NCBI GenBank assembly: GCA_001872735.1 | Contig: MNWT01000005.1 | Location: forward strand, 205,312-269,311 | Length of the DNA stretch: 64,000 nucleotides | Direction of reading: 5' to 3' | From: Verrucomicrobia bacterium CG1_02_43_26 | GTDB taxonomy: Bacteria > Verrucomicrobiota > Verrucomicrobiia > Opitutales > CG1-02-43-26 | Shown here: positions 28,863 through 37,810 of the stretch, piece by piece | How positions within the stretch are numbered: the stretch's first letter is position 1 | How the letters are laid out: each line of letters opens with the position of its first letter | The notes under the pieces: model-generated | Told to the model about the DNA's origin: nothing | What the model saw: the letters and a program-made list of their open reading frames with translations, nothing else | The model's database searches: none | Position numbers and translations under genes: made by a program

Positions 28863-30173
28863 ATGTCTGATATTAAAACTGGCAGTAAAAACACTTCCCC
28901 CAATATATCACCGATTCTTAAAAAGGAAGAACTTGAGAATCTAGAGGGTATCTTTGATGAAAAAAAGGTAGAGTCGCAGAATTCCAGCACCAAGAAAACA
29001 CCTCGAAAACAGGGTGACCTGAACCTAAGCAATGAAAATCTTTTCAGCAAAGAAGTTTTCAATATCAGCTCTACTCTTTTAGAAAAAAATGATGAATTAA
29101 CCAAAAAGCTCGATGAAAAAACTAAAGAAGAGCTTCTCAAGAAAGAGACAAAGATCCTCAAGCTAAAAGACGAACTCAAAAAGAAGGACGACGAACTCAA
29201 AAGGAAGGACGACGAGGTCACTAAAGTAAAAGAGGAGCTTAATAACTCTCAATTAAGCGTAGAAGACGATGAAGAGGTGGGCGAACTCGCAAAAAATTAT
29301 ATTAAAAGAAAAGAAACCAAACTCGAAAACCTCACAAAGAATGGTGTACACGAATTTATAAAGAGTAAAATCAATACTTTGGGTAATAATCTTTTAAAGA
29401 GTCCACAGGAATTATTCGATGGGTTCGTAAAGGCTGCGGAACAGATCGTCAGTAAAGATCCTACGGATCTTACAAAAGTAGCAACTGAAATTGCAAAATC
29501 GCCTCTACTTACACCTGTTTTAGCAAAACTGGATCTTAATCCGGCAAAATTTGCTGAATTCTTTCTAGACAAGGTACAAAAGGACTTGAAGCAAGTTGAT
29601 GACGATTTCAAAGATGAAAAAAAGCCTGACTTTTCCAAAAAAGAACAAGTTGTTGATAAACTGATTGAAGTTTTTGCAGACAAAATGCTAGACACACTTT
29701 TAGGGTATGACGTAACGGAACGTGATCCGAGCTACAAAGCCGTAGTCAACATTCTGAAATTCAGCAAAGACTATGTGGGAAGCATCTTCTTGCCTTCATT
29801 GACCAATGAGACGACTAAGGATCTCTCTGAGCGTGCTGTAAAGGACCTTACGAGCTATCTTGGCCCTGTAGCACCGCTTGCGAGAATGGTCACTAGCTTC
29901 TTTAATACGGTTGCAGGCCCGTTCTTGCCTAAAACAAGCTGGTCCGGCTTACTAACGGGGGTGACCACAACGGCCGGTATCTATCTGGCCTACAGCAAGC
30001 CTTCCTTCCTGTTAGATACTATAACAACCTACTCTAAAAAGTATTCCGAAAACGTGGTCTATGGCGCCTTTGGCATTGTAGGAGCGGGATTGGGGTTCAC
30101 TGGGGAATGGTCTATTTACCTGGTTAGCCTGATGCTTGGCAAGCTCTTTGGTAATAAGGAAAAAATGGCTTAA
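28863..30173 (+). CDS. Lys/Glu-rich coiled-coil protein with C-terminal TM segments (hypothetical)
   Basis: 436-aa ORF preceded by a strong AAGGAGAT Shine-Dalgarno sequence. It has a K/E/D-rich N-terminus with a DELKKKD/DELKRKD repeat. The C-terminus has hydrophobic segments GLLTGVTTTAGIYLAY and VVYGAFGIVGAGLGFTGEWSIYLVSLMLGKLF. Confidence 0.7.
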   Translation: MSDIKTGSKNTSPNISPILKKEELENLEGIFDEKKVESQNSSTKKTPRKQGDLNLSNENLFSKEVFNISSTLLEKNDELTKKLDEKTKEELLKKETKILKLKDELKKKDDELKRKDDEVTKVKEELNNSQLSVEDDEEVGELAKNYIKRKETKLENLTKNGVHEFIKSKINTLGNNLLKSPQELFDGFVKAAEQIVSKDPTDLTKVATEIAKSPLLTPVLAKLDLNPAKFAEFFLDKVQKDLKQVDDDFKDEKKPDFSKKEQVVDKLIEVFADKMLDTLLGYDVTERDPSYKAVVNILKFSKDYVGSIFLPSLTNETTKDLSERAVKDLTSYLGPVAPLARMVTSFFNTVAGPFLPKTSWSGLLTGVTTTAGIYLAYSKPSFLLDTITTYSKKYSENVVYGAFGIVGAGLGFTGEWSIYLVSLMLGKLFGNKEKMA

Positions 30174-30195
30174 GACCGCTATTTAATCGGCTTTA

Positions 30196-30238
30196 ACGAC
30201 AAAAAGACCTTCCTCGGTGAGGAAGGTCTTTTTGTCGT
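30196..30238. terminator. Bidirectional-looking terminator hairpin 1 between convergent genes
   Basis: ACGACAAAAAGACCTTCCTC-GGTG-AGGAAGGTCTTTTTGTCGT is a perfect long stem with an internal A-run and T-run. Confidence 0.75.
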
Positions 30239-30243
30239 TATTA

Positions 30244-30279
30244 GGGCATAGTTTGTTCCAGGTGGAACAAACTATGCCC
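30244..30279. terminator. Perfect 17-bp inverted repeat (hairpin 2) between convergent genes
   Basis: GGGCATAGTTTGTTCCA-GG-TGGAACAAACTATGCCC. There is no flanking T-run, so the terminator function is uncertain. Confidence 0.45.
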
Positions 30280-30376
30280 TGAAAGAGTGAACATAAGATC
30301 ACCCCAGAAACAACCCTACGCCCTTATGCCTTTAGTAGAATTTTTACATAAAAAAACAAACAACTAGGTGTTTATT

Positions 30377-31027
30377 TTAAGCACCGTTAAACTTGGGTTT
30401 TTCCAGGTGCCTGATCGCATCCAAAATCTTGTCGGTTACAACTTGGTAGCGGTTTTCAGCATTTTTACCGGGATCATAATCTTTTGGGAAAAGGGGTTTT
30501 CCGTAGGCGATCGTGATATCTTGGTTAAAGTTAGGCAATTTATCGCCCTTGCGCCAGGCTTCGAAGGCTCCAAAAAAGCGGACAGGGACAACAGGCACTT
30601 GTGTGCGGCAAGCAATCATCCCGACACCACGTTTTCCAGGCTGCACTTGGCCATCCTTAGAGCGCGTTCCTTCAGGGAACAGCAAGATGCCATTACCGGA
30701 TTCCAGCACCTTAAACACACGTTTTAAAGCGCCCACATCCGAGTCTCCATCGCGGTCTACGGGGATCGCATGAAAGCGATTTAGTATCCAGGCCTTAAAG
30801 CGTGATGAGAAAAGGGTTTTGCGGGCAAAGAAATAGATCCGGCGCCTAAACTGGCTACCTGCCAGAAAGGGATCAAAATAACTCACGTGATTACAGGCTA
30901 AAATAAAAGGGCCCTCTTTGGGGACATTTTCCGCGCCCACGCTATCACAGCGGAACATGAGATTAAAGAGATTATAGGAAAGGGAATGGCCTATATCATA
31001 AATCGGATTGTAATCTTCAGCACTCAC
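30377..31027 (-). CDS. plsC: 1-acyl-sn-glycerol-3-phosphate acyltransferase
   Basis: HX4D motif (NHVSYFDP) and FPEGTRS motif. Confidence 0.88.
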   Translation of the reverse strand: MSAEDYNPIYDIGHSLSYNLFNLMFRCDSVGAENVPKEGPFILACNHVSYFDPFLAGSQFRRRIYFFARKTLFSSRFKAWILNRFHAIPVDRDGDSDVGALKRVFKVLESGNGILLFPEGTRSKDGQVQPGKRGVGMIACRTQVPVVPVRFFGAFEAWRKGDKLPNFNQDITIAYGKPLFPKDYDPGKNAENRYQVVTDKILDAIRHLEKPKFNGA

Positions 31028-31045
31028 AACAACTAGTAATCCTTT

Positions 31046-31735
31046 TTATGAACGAGATTCGCCTGCGGGGCAAAGGGCTCCATTGATAATTTCGCAGACT
31101 TTATCGACCACCTCTTCAAAACCGAGATGCGAAGTATCGATGCGAATAGCACCCTCCGGACAATTTGTAGGAGAGGCCGCGCGCGTAGAGTCCACGTGAT
31201 CGCGCTTTACGATGTGGTCCACCTTACCCTCAGCGGCTCTGCGTTGAACACGGGTTTCGATATCGGCCTCCAAGAAAAAGCGAAAATCAGCCTCTGGGAA
31301 AATAGCCGTACCGATGTCCCTACCCTCCATGACGAGCCCATTAAAACCAGCTTCCCTTGCAATGTGTTTTTGCTCCCTTTGAAAATCAAATAAATACTGC
31401 CGGATTCGAGGGATAGCAGCGACGGTAGAGACACGAGCATTCACCTCAGGCGTGCGCAATACAGAATCGGGAACAACCTCCCCATTGAAAGAAATATGAG
31501 CTGTTTCGCCCTCGATACTAGTCCCTAACTCCATACCATCAAAAAAGGCCGTTACCTTATTCCCTAAAGACAGATCAACGTTATTTTGAAGCAAATACCA
31601 CGTTAAGGCTCTATAATAGCAGCCTGTATCCACATGCATTAAATGAAAACGCTTAGCAAGCGCCCTAGAAGTCGTAGACTTTCCAGAAGCAGCGCCTCCA
31701 TCCATAGCGATAATGACAAAAGGTTTATTCCCCAT
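31046..31735 (-). CDS. cmk: Cytidylate kinase
   Basis: IAMDGGAASGKST P-loop, YRALTW and GRDIGT motifs. Confidence 0.92.
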   Translation of the reverse strand: MGNKPFVIIAMDGGAASGKSTTSRALAKRFHLMHVDTGCYYRALTWYLLQNNVDLSLGNKVTAFFDGMELGTSIEGETAHISFNGEVVPDSVLRTPEVNARVSTVAAIPRIRQYLFDFQREQKHIAREAGFNGLVMEGRDIGTAIFPEADFRFFLEADIETRVQRRAAEGKVDHIVKRDHVDSTRAASPTNCPEGAIRIDTSHLGFEEVVDKVCEIINGALCPAGESRS

Positions 31736-31740
31736 AGACC

Positions 31741-33066
31741 TTACTGAATACGCAAATTTTCCAAGATGTCAAAAAACTTCGGAAAAGTTTTTGAACAACA
31801 GCCCGGATCCTTGATAGTAATCCAAGAACTACCATCCCCATTAAAGTTATAAGAACCCAATACGGCAAAACTCATGGCGATGCGATGATCACCATGGGGA
31901 TCAATCACAGCCGGCTGTAGCGGCTTGGGATGAATTTCTAAAGTCGCTTCTGTTTCATGAACCTCCTGGCCAAGCTTTCTAAGCTCTTGTGCGACACACT
32001 TAACGCGATCACATTCCTGATGGCGCGTGTGGCCAATCCCGGTAATACACGAATACCCCTTCAATAAAGGAGCTATAGCGGCAAACGTTAAGAAAGTATC
32101 GGATATTTCACTAAAATTATGCTCCATGCCAATCATAGCGGTTTGGATTTTTTGCTGCACAACCCAAGAGTCTTCTGACATCTTCACTTCCAGCCCCAAA
32201 GATTTTATAAGATTCACAAAAGCGGCATCGCCCTGCTTCATCCGAGAAGACATCCCCGGAAAAATAATTCTACCGCCCACCAATAAGACAAGGGCAATAA
32301 AGTAACTGGCAGCGGTGGCATCCGGCTCTATCGCATACTCACCCCCCTTAAAAGAATAATGCCCATTACCTGAAAAATCGTACACGTTATCCGAGCTAGA
32401 AATTTGGCTTGAGTAACCAAACTCATGGATCATTTTCTCTGTTAACGTAATAAACGGCTTAGAAACAGCTTCTCCCGCTAATTGTATAGACAACGGCCCC
32501 TCGGCCAAAGGAGCTACCAGCATGAGCGCGGAAACAAATTGGCCACTGCGCGAAGCATCAATCTTAAGCTTTCCACCAGGCAAGCCGTTTGTTTGAATAG
32601 AAAAAGGGTAATAACCAACTTCCCCATCATAAGTAACCGAAATAGCGCCCGCAGACTCCAAAGCCCCTAACAAAGGGCTCATAGGACGTTTCGTCATCGC
32701 TTCACCCGCTGTCAACTTATAAGAGCCCCCCTTTTTCAAGGCTAATAAAGCAGGTATAAAGCGAGCAACAGTACCCCCATTGCCCACATTCACTTCTGCG
32801 GTTGAATGAGGGATATCGCCCCCTTGCCCATAAACCGTAACGGTTAAGTTTGCTTCATCGCGATCTACTTGAAAGCCGAGTTGCTCCAGGCAGTTCATCA
32901 TACCCACGGTGTCATCTGAAAACAAAACATTCTTGAGCCTTACAGGTCCGGCACAAAGCGCGGCCAACACAAGCGCTCTAGCCGTGATGCTTTTTGAGCC
33001 AGGCAAGCGCACGGTGCCTGATACAGCGGACTGAAAGGGGGTTATAGCGAGTTCGTTGTCGTTCAT
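31741..33066 (-). CDS. aroA: 3-phosphoshikimate 1-carboxyvinyltransferase (EPSP synthase)
   Basis: LPGSKSITARALVLAAL near the N-terminus and a size of about 441 aa from ATG at 33066. The track ORF (to 33264) is a spurious extension into tyrA. Confidence 0.93.
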   Translation of the reverse strand: MNDNELAITPFQSAVSGTVRLPGSKSITARALVLAALCAGPVRLKNVLFSDDTVGMMNCLEQLGFQVDRDEANLTVTVYGQGGDIPHSTAEVNVGNGGTVARFIPALLALKKGGSYKLTAGEAMTKRPMSPLLGALESAGAISVTYDGEVGYYPFSIQTNGLPGGKLKIDASRSGQFVSALMLVAPLAEGPLSIQLAGEAVSKPFITLTEKMIHEFGYSSQISSSDNVYDFSGNGHYSFKGGEYAIEPDATAASYFIALVLLVGGRIIFPGMSSRMKQGDAAFVNLIKSLGLEVKMSEDSWVVQQKIQTAMIGMEHNFSEISDTFLTFAAIAPLLKGYSCITGIGHTRHQECDRVKCVAQELRKLGQEVHETEATLEIHPKPLQPAVIDPHGDHRIAMSFAVLGSYNFNGDGSSWITIKDPGCCSKTFPKFFDILENLRIQ

Positions 33067-33076
33067 TAAGACAAAA

Positions 33077-33922
33077 TTATCTATCCAGATCTTTGCGAAA
33101 AATTTGCCCCGCTTCAAGAAGAACCTTGAAGGCGTCGAGATCGTTATTTTGTAATAATAAATCGGCCTGGGCAAGCTTTTCTTTAAACCCGACCAGTAGC
33201 TTTTGTATATTTTCTCGGTTTTCCTGAATGATAGGGATCCAGATATCCGGGTTACTTGCGGCAATTCTTGTTGTATCCCTTAACCCATTACCGGCATATT
33301 CGCCCCATTCAGAAGGAAGCGCATCTAATAAAAAAGCACTTAAAAGCGAGGCCACGCATTGAGGGAAATGGCTAACCCCAGCCACAATTTCATCATGCTC
33401 AACAGGATCCACCTCCACTAATTTCAAAGAAATCAGGCTCCAAAAGTCTTTTGCGACCTGGATACTATGCCTTTGAGCATGAGAGCTAGCGGTAATGAAA
33501 CACAGCTTGCCAATAAAAATGGCTTCATCCGATGCCATGATACCGGATTTCTCCGAACCGGCCATAGGATGGGCTCCGACAAAATTGCCGTTATCAAAAA
33601 TGCTATCAGCAATCTGACAAATTCGCTGCTTAGTGCTGCCGACATCCGTCACAAGGCAATGGGGAGTTATATGTGGCTGTATGCGCTTAAAGACAGATTC
33701 CATGTGATCAATCGGCACACAAACGACAACGACATCCACGTGACTAATGTCAGCAAAATCATTTTGCAAAACAGTACAGCCCAATTGCGCCATGCAGTAC
33801 TGATTGACCACTTCATCCTTATCCCAAGAAAAAACACGGATACGATGCTTGCGCAAAGCTCGTATGATTGATCCCCCCAAGAGACCACAGCCAATAACGG
33901 CAACGTTAGAAATGTCACTCAT
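33077..33922 (-). CDS. tyrA: Prephenate/arogenate dehydrogenase
   Basis: VAVIGCGLLGGS Rossmann motif and GAHPMAGSE catalytic-region motif. ATG at 33922 is preferred over the TTG at 33928. Confidence 0.88.
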   Translation of the reverse strand: MSDISNVAVIGCGLLGGSIIRALRKHRIRVFSWDKDEVVNQYCMAQLGCTVLQNDFADISHVDVVVVCVPIDHMESVFKRIQPHITPHCLVTDVGSTKQRICQIADSIFDNGNFVGAHPMAGSEKSGIMASDEAIFIGKLCFITASSHAQRHSIQVAKDFWSLISLKLVEVDPVEHDEIVAGVSHFPQCVASLLSAFLLDALPSEWGEYAGNGLRDTTRIAASNPDIWIPIIQENRENIQKLLVGFKEKLAQADLLLQNNDLDAFKVLLEAGQIFRKDLDR

Positions 33923-34202
33923 CTTCAAATTATCGAATTGGCAATCGCAGTAAATTGCACTTTCATATTACACATGTGCATTTCACTATCCATACAAAAA
34001 GTAAGGAAAAAGAACCAAGCGTTATTGGCGCTTCGGCTGACGATGGTTGCGTTTATTTTGACCCCGCTTGTTTTATTTTGGATTTTCTTGTAAAGGTAAA
34101 GGCAGCTTTCCATCAAATCTAACATTGCAAATTTGAACAAAATAGAACATACGTAACAACTGACATTCGTCACTCCCAAAAAACCCGCTTTTAAATAAAT
34201 AT

Positions 34203-35258
34203 ATGAACAAAACGATACTCATCATCCGAATATTATTCATGGCATTATGCGTATTCGGGGCTTGGCTTTTCTGGTACGCTAACCCTGACTTACAAGAATA
34301 CTTGGCGCTTAGCCTCTTTATAGGAGCGGCTATAGGCACATTAACGATTCTTATAGATGTGTTCATTAAAGGCTTTTCTGTGCGAGGGCTTACCGCAGTC
34401 GCATTTGGCATAGCAGTCGGCTCGCTAATAGCCTTTTTAATTACCTCATCCCCCCTATTCGACCAAGGCGACCCACAAACCCTTCATTTAAGCAGATTAG
34501 CTCTTTTCATCATCAGCGTGTACCTGGCAACCATTATTACGCTACGCGGCAAAGACGACTTCAATCTATTGATTCCTTATATTAAATTTGTTCCGCATAA
34601 CGTTGATGTCCCCCTCATAGTCCTCGACACCAGTATTCTGATTGACGGCCGGATTGTAAACATCTGCCAAAGCCGTTTTATAAGCTCCGCGATCGTTATT
34701 CCCAAGTTTGTTATCGAGGAATTGCACCGTGTTGCGGATTCCGGCGATACGCAGAAGCAAATCAAGGGGCGAAAAGGCCTTGAAGTGCTCAACAAGCTCA
34801 AGAACATGAACTACATTGACCTGCGAATACAAGACGTGGATGTAGATCAAGCCGAGCAAGTAGACTCCAAGCTCATTTATCTTTGCCAAACACTGAAAGC
34901 AAAGCTGATGACCACAGATTTTAATTTAGCTAAATTGGCGGAATTTCACGGTATTGCGTGGTTAAATTTAAACGCGCTGAGTAAAGCGCTAAACCCGGAC
35001 ATCAGCATAGGGCAATACCTTGATGTTGACCTGGTAAAAACCGGAAAAGAAGAACACCAAGGCGTAGGATACCTCTCTGATGGCTCTATGGTTGTGGTAA
35101 ACGAATCCGCTCAATTCATAGGAAAATCAGTCACAGCGGAAGTTATTAGCATCCTTCCCTCTGCCGGTGGCAAAATGATCTTTGCGCGTATTCATGCAGC
35201 CAGCAACCCCTCAAACGCAAACGGAACAAGTGCAACTGCCGGAATACCAGCATATTAA
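34203..35258 (+). CDS. PIN/TRAM-domain membrane protein (YacL-like)
   Basis: Four N-terminal TM helices, a PIN domain (LIVLDTSILIDGRI ... MTTDFNLAKLA) and a C-terminal TRAM-like beta domain. Confidence 0.8.
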   Translation: MNKTILIIRILFMALCVFGAWLFWYANPDLQEYLALSLFIGAAIGTLTILIDVFIKGFSVRGLTAVAFGIAVGSLIAFLITSSPLFDQGDPQTLHLSRLALFIISVYLATIITLRGKDDFNLLIPYIKFVPHNVDVPLIVLDTSILIDGRIVNICQSRFISSAIVIPKFVIEELHRVADSGDTQKQIKGRKGLEVLNKLKNMNYIDLRIQDVDVDQAEQVDSKLIYLCQTLKAKLMTTDFNLAKLAEFHGIAWLNLNALSKALNPDISIGQYLDVDLVKTGKEEHQGVGYLSDGSMVVVNESAQFIGKSVTAEVISILPSAGGKMIFARIHAASNPSNANGTSATAGIPAY

Positions 35259-35327
35259 GGGAAATAAACCCACCTTTAAAACGCCATATATTTCAATAAA
35301 AAAGCATCCATAAAATACATAATTTAG

Positions 35328-35356
35328 TTGGTTTTCGCATAAAACCGTGGTATATT
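35328..35356 (+). promoter_or_regulatory. Putative sigma70-type promoter of the pilin gene
   Basis: TTGGTT (35328-35333), a 17 nt spacer, then TATATT (35351-35356). This leaves an 80-nt leader containing (ACCCAA)x3 and no Shine-Dalgarno sequence. Confidence 0.35.
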
Positions 35357-35440
35357 TAGGTAAGAAGTGGAGCCGTAGGGATTACCCAATAGCTTCATAA
35401 ATCTATAGGAACCCAAACCCAAACCCAACAACCGAATATT

Positions 35441-35788
35441 ATGGATAATTCCAAATCAAAAAAGGGTTTTACCCTCGTTGAAATCATGATTGTCGTGGTC
35501 ATCATCGGTCTATTAGCCGCCATGGCCATTCCAGCATTCCAAAAAGTACGTCAAGAATCTCGTGAAAAAGCTATCACGAATAACTTGCGACAAGTGGCTT
35601 CAGCTGGTGCTCAATTCATATTGGACACTGGTGCCTCGCAAGTAGCTTATACTGCATTGACCCCAACATACTTCAATACGATCGCAGCTGTTGCTGGTGA
35701 ATCGTACACAGGTATCTCGGTTGATGAAGACGGTGGAACACTGACTGTAACCACAACCGGTGGTCAGTCTGTTTCATTTACGTACTAA
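35441..35788 (+). CDS. Prepilin-type N-terminal cleavage/methylation domain protein (type IV pilin or pseudopilin-like)
   Basis: MDNSKSKKG|FTLVEIMIVVVIIGLLAAMAIPAF is a class III signal with Gly-1, Phe+1 and Glu+5. It has a short 115-aa body and a Thr/Gly-rich C-terminus (GGTLTVTTTGGQSVSFTY). Confidence 0.9.
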   Translation: MDNSKSKKGFTLVEIMIVVVIIGLLAAMAIPAFQKVRQESREKAITNNLRQVASAGAQFILDTGASQVAYTALTPTYFNTIAAVAGESYTGISVDEDGGTLTVTTTGGQSVSFTY

Positions 35789-35807
35789 TCTAATTGACGA
35801 CTCTTGT

Positions 35808-35843
35808 AGACCGCTTGCTATAAAAGCGAGCGGTCTTTTTTTT
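35808..35843 (+). terminator. Rho-independent terminator/attenuator after the pilin gene
   Basis: AGACCGCTTGC-TATAAA-AGCGAGCGGTCT stem followed by a T8 run, only 11 nt before the next ATG. Confidence 0.8.
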
Positions 35844-35854
35844 GTTTAAAAATC

Positions 35855-37708
35855 ATGAAAAACTGGAAACCGGTTCTTGCGTTTGCTGTTATTGCAATTA
35901 TATCGCTCGTTGTAGGGCAATGGGCGTTTTCCCCACTTCAAGCCGTTACCTTCGTGAAATATGGGGGTTACTGGATCATGCTCGTCACGGCAGGTCTATT
36001 TTTCTATTTTCTCTATAAATGCCTCCTGCCCTACCTAAAAGATAAGCACTTTCGAACAAAAGCATTCTGGACTGAACCCAAGAACCTCCTCGTCTGCCTA
36101 TTGATTATATTTTGCTTTTTGTACATTCGCCTTCAAGAGAAAGTTGAATACAAAATAGTGATGGATGAACCCGTACTGGTGGCCACATCTATGTCCATGC
36201 ACCAAGATCGCATAGTCCAAGTGCCCAATAGAGCCCATACGATCGCCGGCACCTTTTATATATTGGACGGCTTTGTAGACAAACGCCCCTCTGCCTATCC
36301 CTTTTTTCTCTCCGTTATCCATGATTTTAGCGGTTTTCGCCCTGAAAATGCCTTTTATTTCAACCTCTTTCTCACCGGCTTGTTTCTCTTTTTGACTTAT
36401 CTAGTGGGCTTCAAACTGGCTTCGCGAACAGGAGGTGTGTTTGCCGTCCTATTATTTACCTTTTTACCGCTCTTTGTGCGTGCCTCTAATGGAGCTGGAT
36501 TTGAGGTTTTGAATATAGTCATGATCCTCGGGACTATGCTGATCGGGATGGAATACCTTAAGCGACCGACAAAGACTAACCTCAATGCGCTTTGCTTAAC
36601 CACGGTTATTTTAGCGCAAGTGCGCTATGAAAGCGTCATGTACATTGCGCCGGCTGGCTTGCTCATTCTCTATGCCTGGTGGCGAGAAAAGAAGATTACG
36701 ACCTCCTGGGGATTGATGATCACGCCTATTTTGCTCATCCCCTATCTATGGACGCACAAAGTGTTTGATCTCAACGATGGTCACTGGCAATTATGGGATC
36801 GTTCTTCAGCAACAAGCCCCTTTGGCTTTCAATACGCCTATCAAAACATCGGCCACGCCCTCAATTTCTTCCTTGATGCCGGCCTTGAAATGACAAATTC
36901 TTTGCCGATTGCCATTCTTGCCCTAGCATTTATCCCCTTCTTTATTTTGGTGGTCTACAAGCTCCTGAAGGCCAAAAAGCGCTTCCCGATTCCGCTGATC
37001 GTTCTGTGCTTTTTCTGCCTAGGCTTCGTGATGAATACACTTCTGATCATCTTCTATTTTTTTGGTCAACTGGACGATCCGATCATCCACCGCCTGGCAT
37101 TCCCAATGCTGATCCCTATGGTGTTTATCCCCATCTGGATGATTTACTCCTACACGACAAACCCCGCCTATCGGCAAACGTTTTCCTGGTTTATTTGTCT
37201 AGGGATACTTGTTTTCTGCGTGCCAAAAATTTCTGCTAAACACTATTCTCAGAATCAACTGCCCGTGGATCGCGTCAACTGGATGATCGATATCATCAAA
37301 AACTCGGAAATGGCCGGAAAACACTATTTTGTGCTCTCGGAGACCCCCTTTATATGGATCATGCACCGCGTAGACGCCATGAGCACCGCGTATGCGATAA
37401 AACGCAAGGATCGGGTATTGCATTATTTAAAACAAAAAGGGAACCCACCGGTATATGTTCAGCAGAGTCGGTTGTTAAATGCTCCGACCGGCACATACGT
37501 CTATGACGGCGGCTTCCTGAAGGCTAAAAAGAACTATGACCTCGATAACGATTTTGTACTAGAACCTTACAAAGATGAGCACATCTGGCCATTGAGGCAA
37601 ATTAGGTTCTATAAATTAGTCGATGTTAAAAATACTCCCCCTATGGATCTGCCTCAGCCCACGAACAATAAGGAGTATATGCGGCAGTGGATTGAAACCT
37701 TACCTTAA
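35855..37708 (+). CDS. GT-C fold integral-membrane glycosyltransferase (ArnT/PMT/TfpW-like, polyprenyl-phosphate-sugar dependent)
   Basis: 617 aa with at least 11 predicted TM helices and a soluble C-terminal domain of about 150 aa. An acidic DE motif (IVMDEPVLV, 36164-36169) lies in the first extracytoplasmic loop, as in GT-C enzymes. Confidence 0.7.
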   Translation: MKNWKPVLAFAVIAIISLVVGQWAFSPLQAVTFVKYGGYWIMLVTAGLFFYFLYKCLLPYLKDKHFRTKAFWTEPKNLLVCLLIIFCFLYIRLQEKVEYKIVMDEPVLVATSMSMHQDRIVQVPNRAHTIAGTFYILDGFVDKRPSAYPFFLSVIHDFSGFRPENAFYFNLFLTGLFLFLTYLVGFKLASRTGGVFAVLLFTFLPLFVRASNGAGFEVLNIVMILGTMLIGMEYLKRPTKTNLNALCLTTVILAQVRYESVMYIAPAGLLILYAWWREKKITTSWGLMITPILLIPYLWTHKVFDLNDGHWQLWDRSSATSPFGFQYAYQNIGHALNFFLDAGLEMTNSLPIAILALAFIPFFILVVYKLLKAKKRFPIPLIVLCFFCLGFVMNTLLIIFYFFGQLDDPIIHRLAFPMLIPMVFIPIWMIYSYTTNPAYRQTFSWFICLGILVFCVPKISAKHYSQNQLPVDRVNWMIDIIKNSEMAGKHYFVLSETPFIWIMHRVDAMSTAYAIKRKDRVLHYLKQKGNPPVYVQQSRLLNAPTGTYVYDGGFLKAKKNYDLDNDFVLEPYKDEHIWPLRQIRFYKLVDVKNTPPMDLPQPTNNKEYMRQWIETLP

Positions 37709-37739
37709 GGTGATTTTATTAGCGAGAATCGGATAGAAT

Positions 37740-37771
37740 AAAAAAGGCCCCACATAGTGTGAGGCCTTTTT
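37740..37771. terminator. Bidirectional terminator between convergent genes
   Basis: An A6 run, then the GGCCCCACA-TAG-TGTGAGGCC hairpin with one mismatch, then a T5 run. Confidence 0.7.
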
Positions 37772-37810
37772 GTTGCGAAAAAACAAGTTGATCGCGACTG
37801 TTTATTCAAA

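Noticed and set aside
29150-29215. A 21-nt tandem repeat (gacgaactcaaaaagaaggac / gacgaactcaaaaggaaggac).
   Set aside because: There are only two units. It simply encodes the DELKKKD/DELKRKD repeat within a low-complexity protein, so it is not an independent DNA-level element.
33067-33264. The 66-aa upstream extension of the aroA ORF, which overlaps tyrA.
   Set aside because: The extension has no EPSP synthase similarity and overlaps the 3' end of tyrA. The family-typical N-terminus starts at MNDNELAITPF (ATG at 33066).
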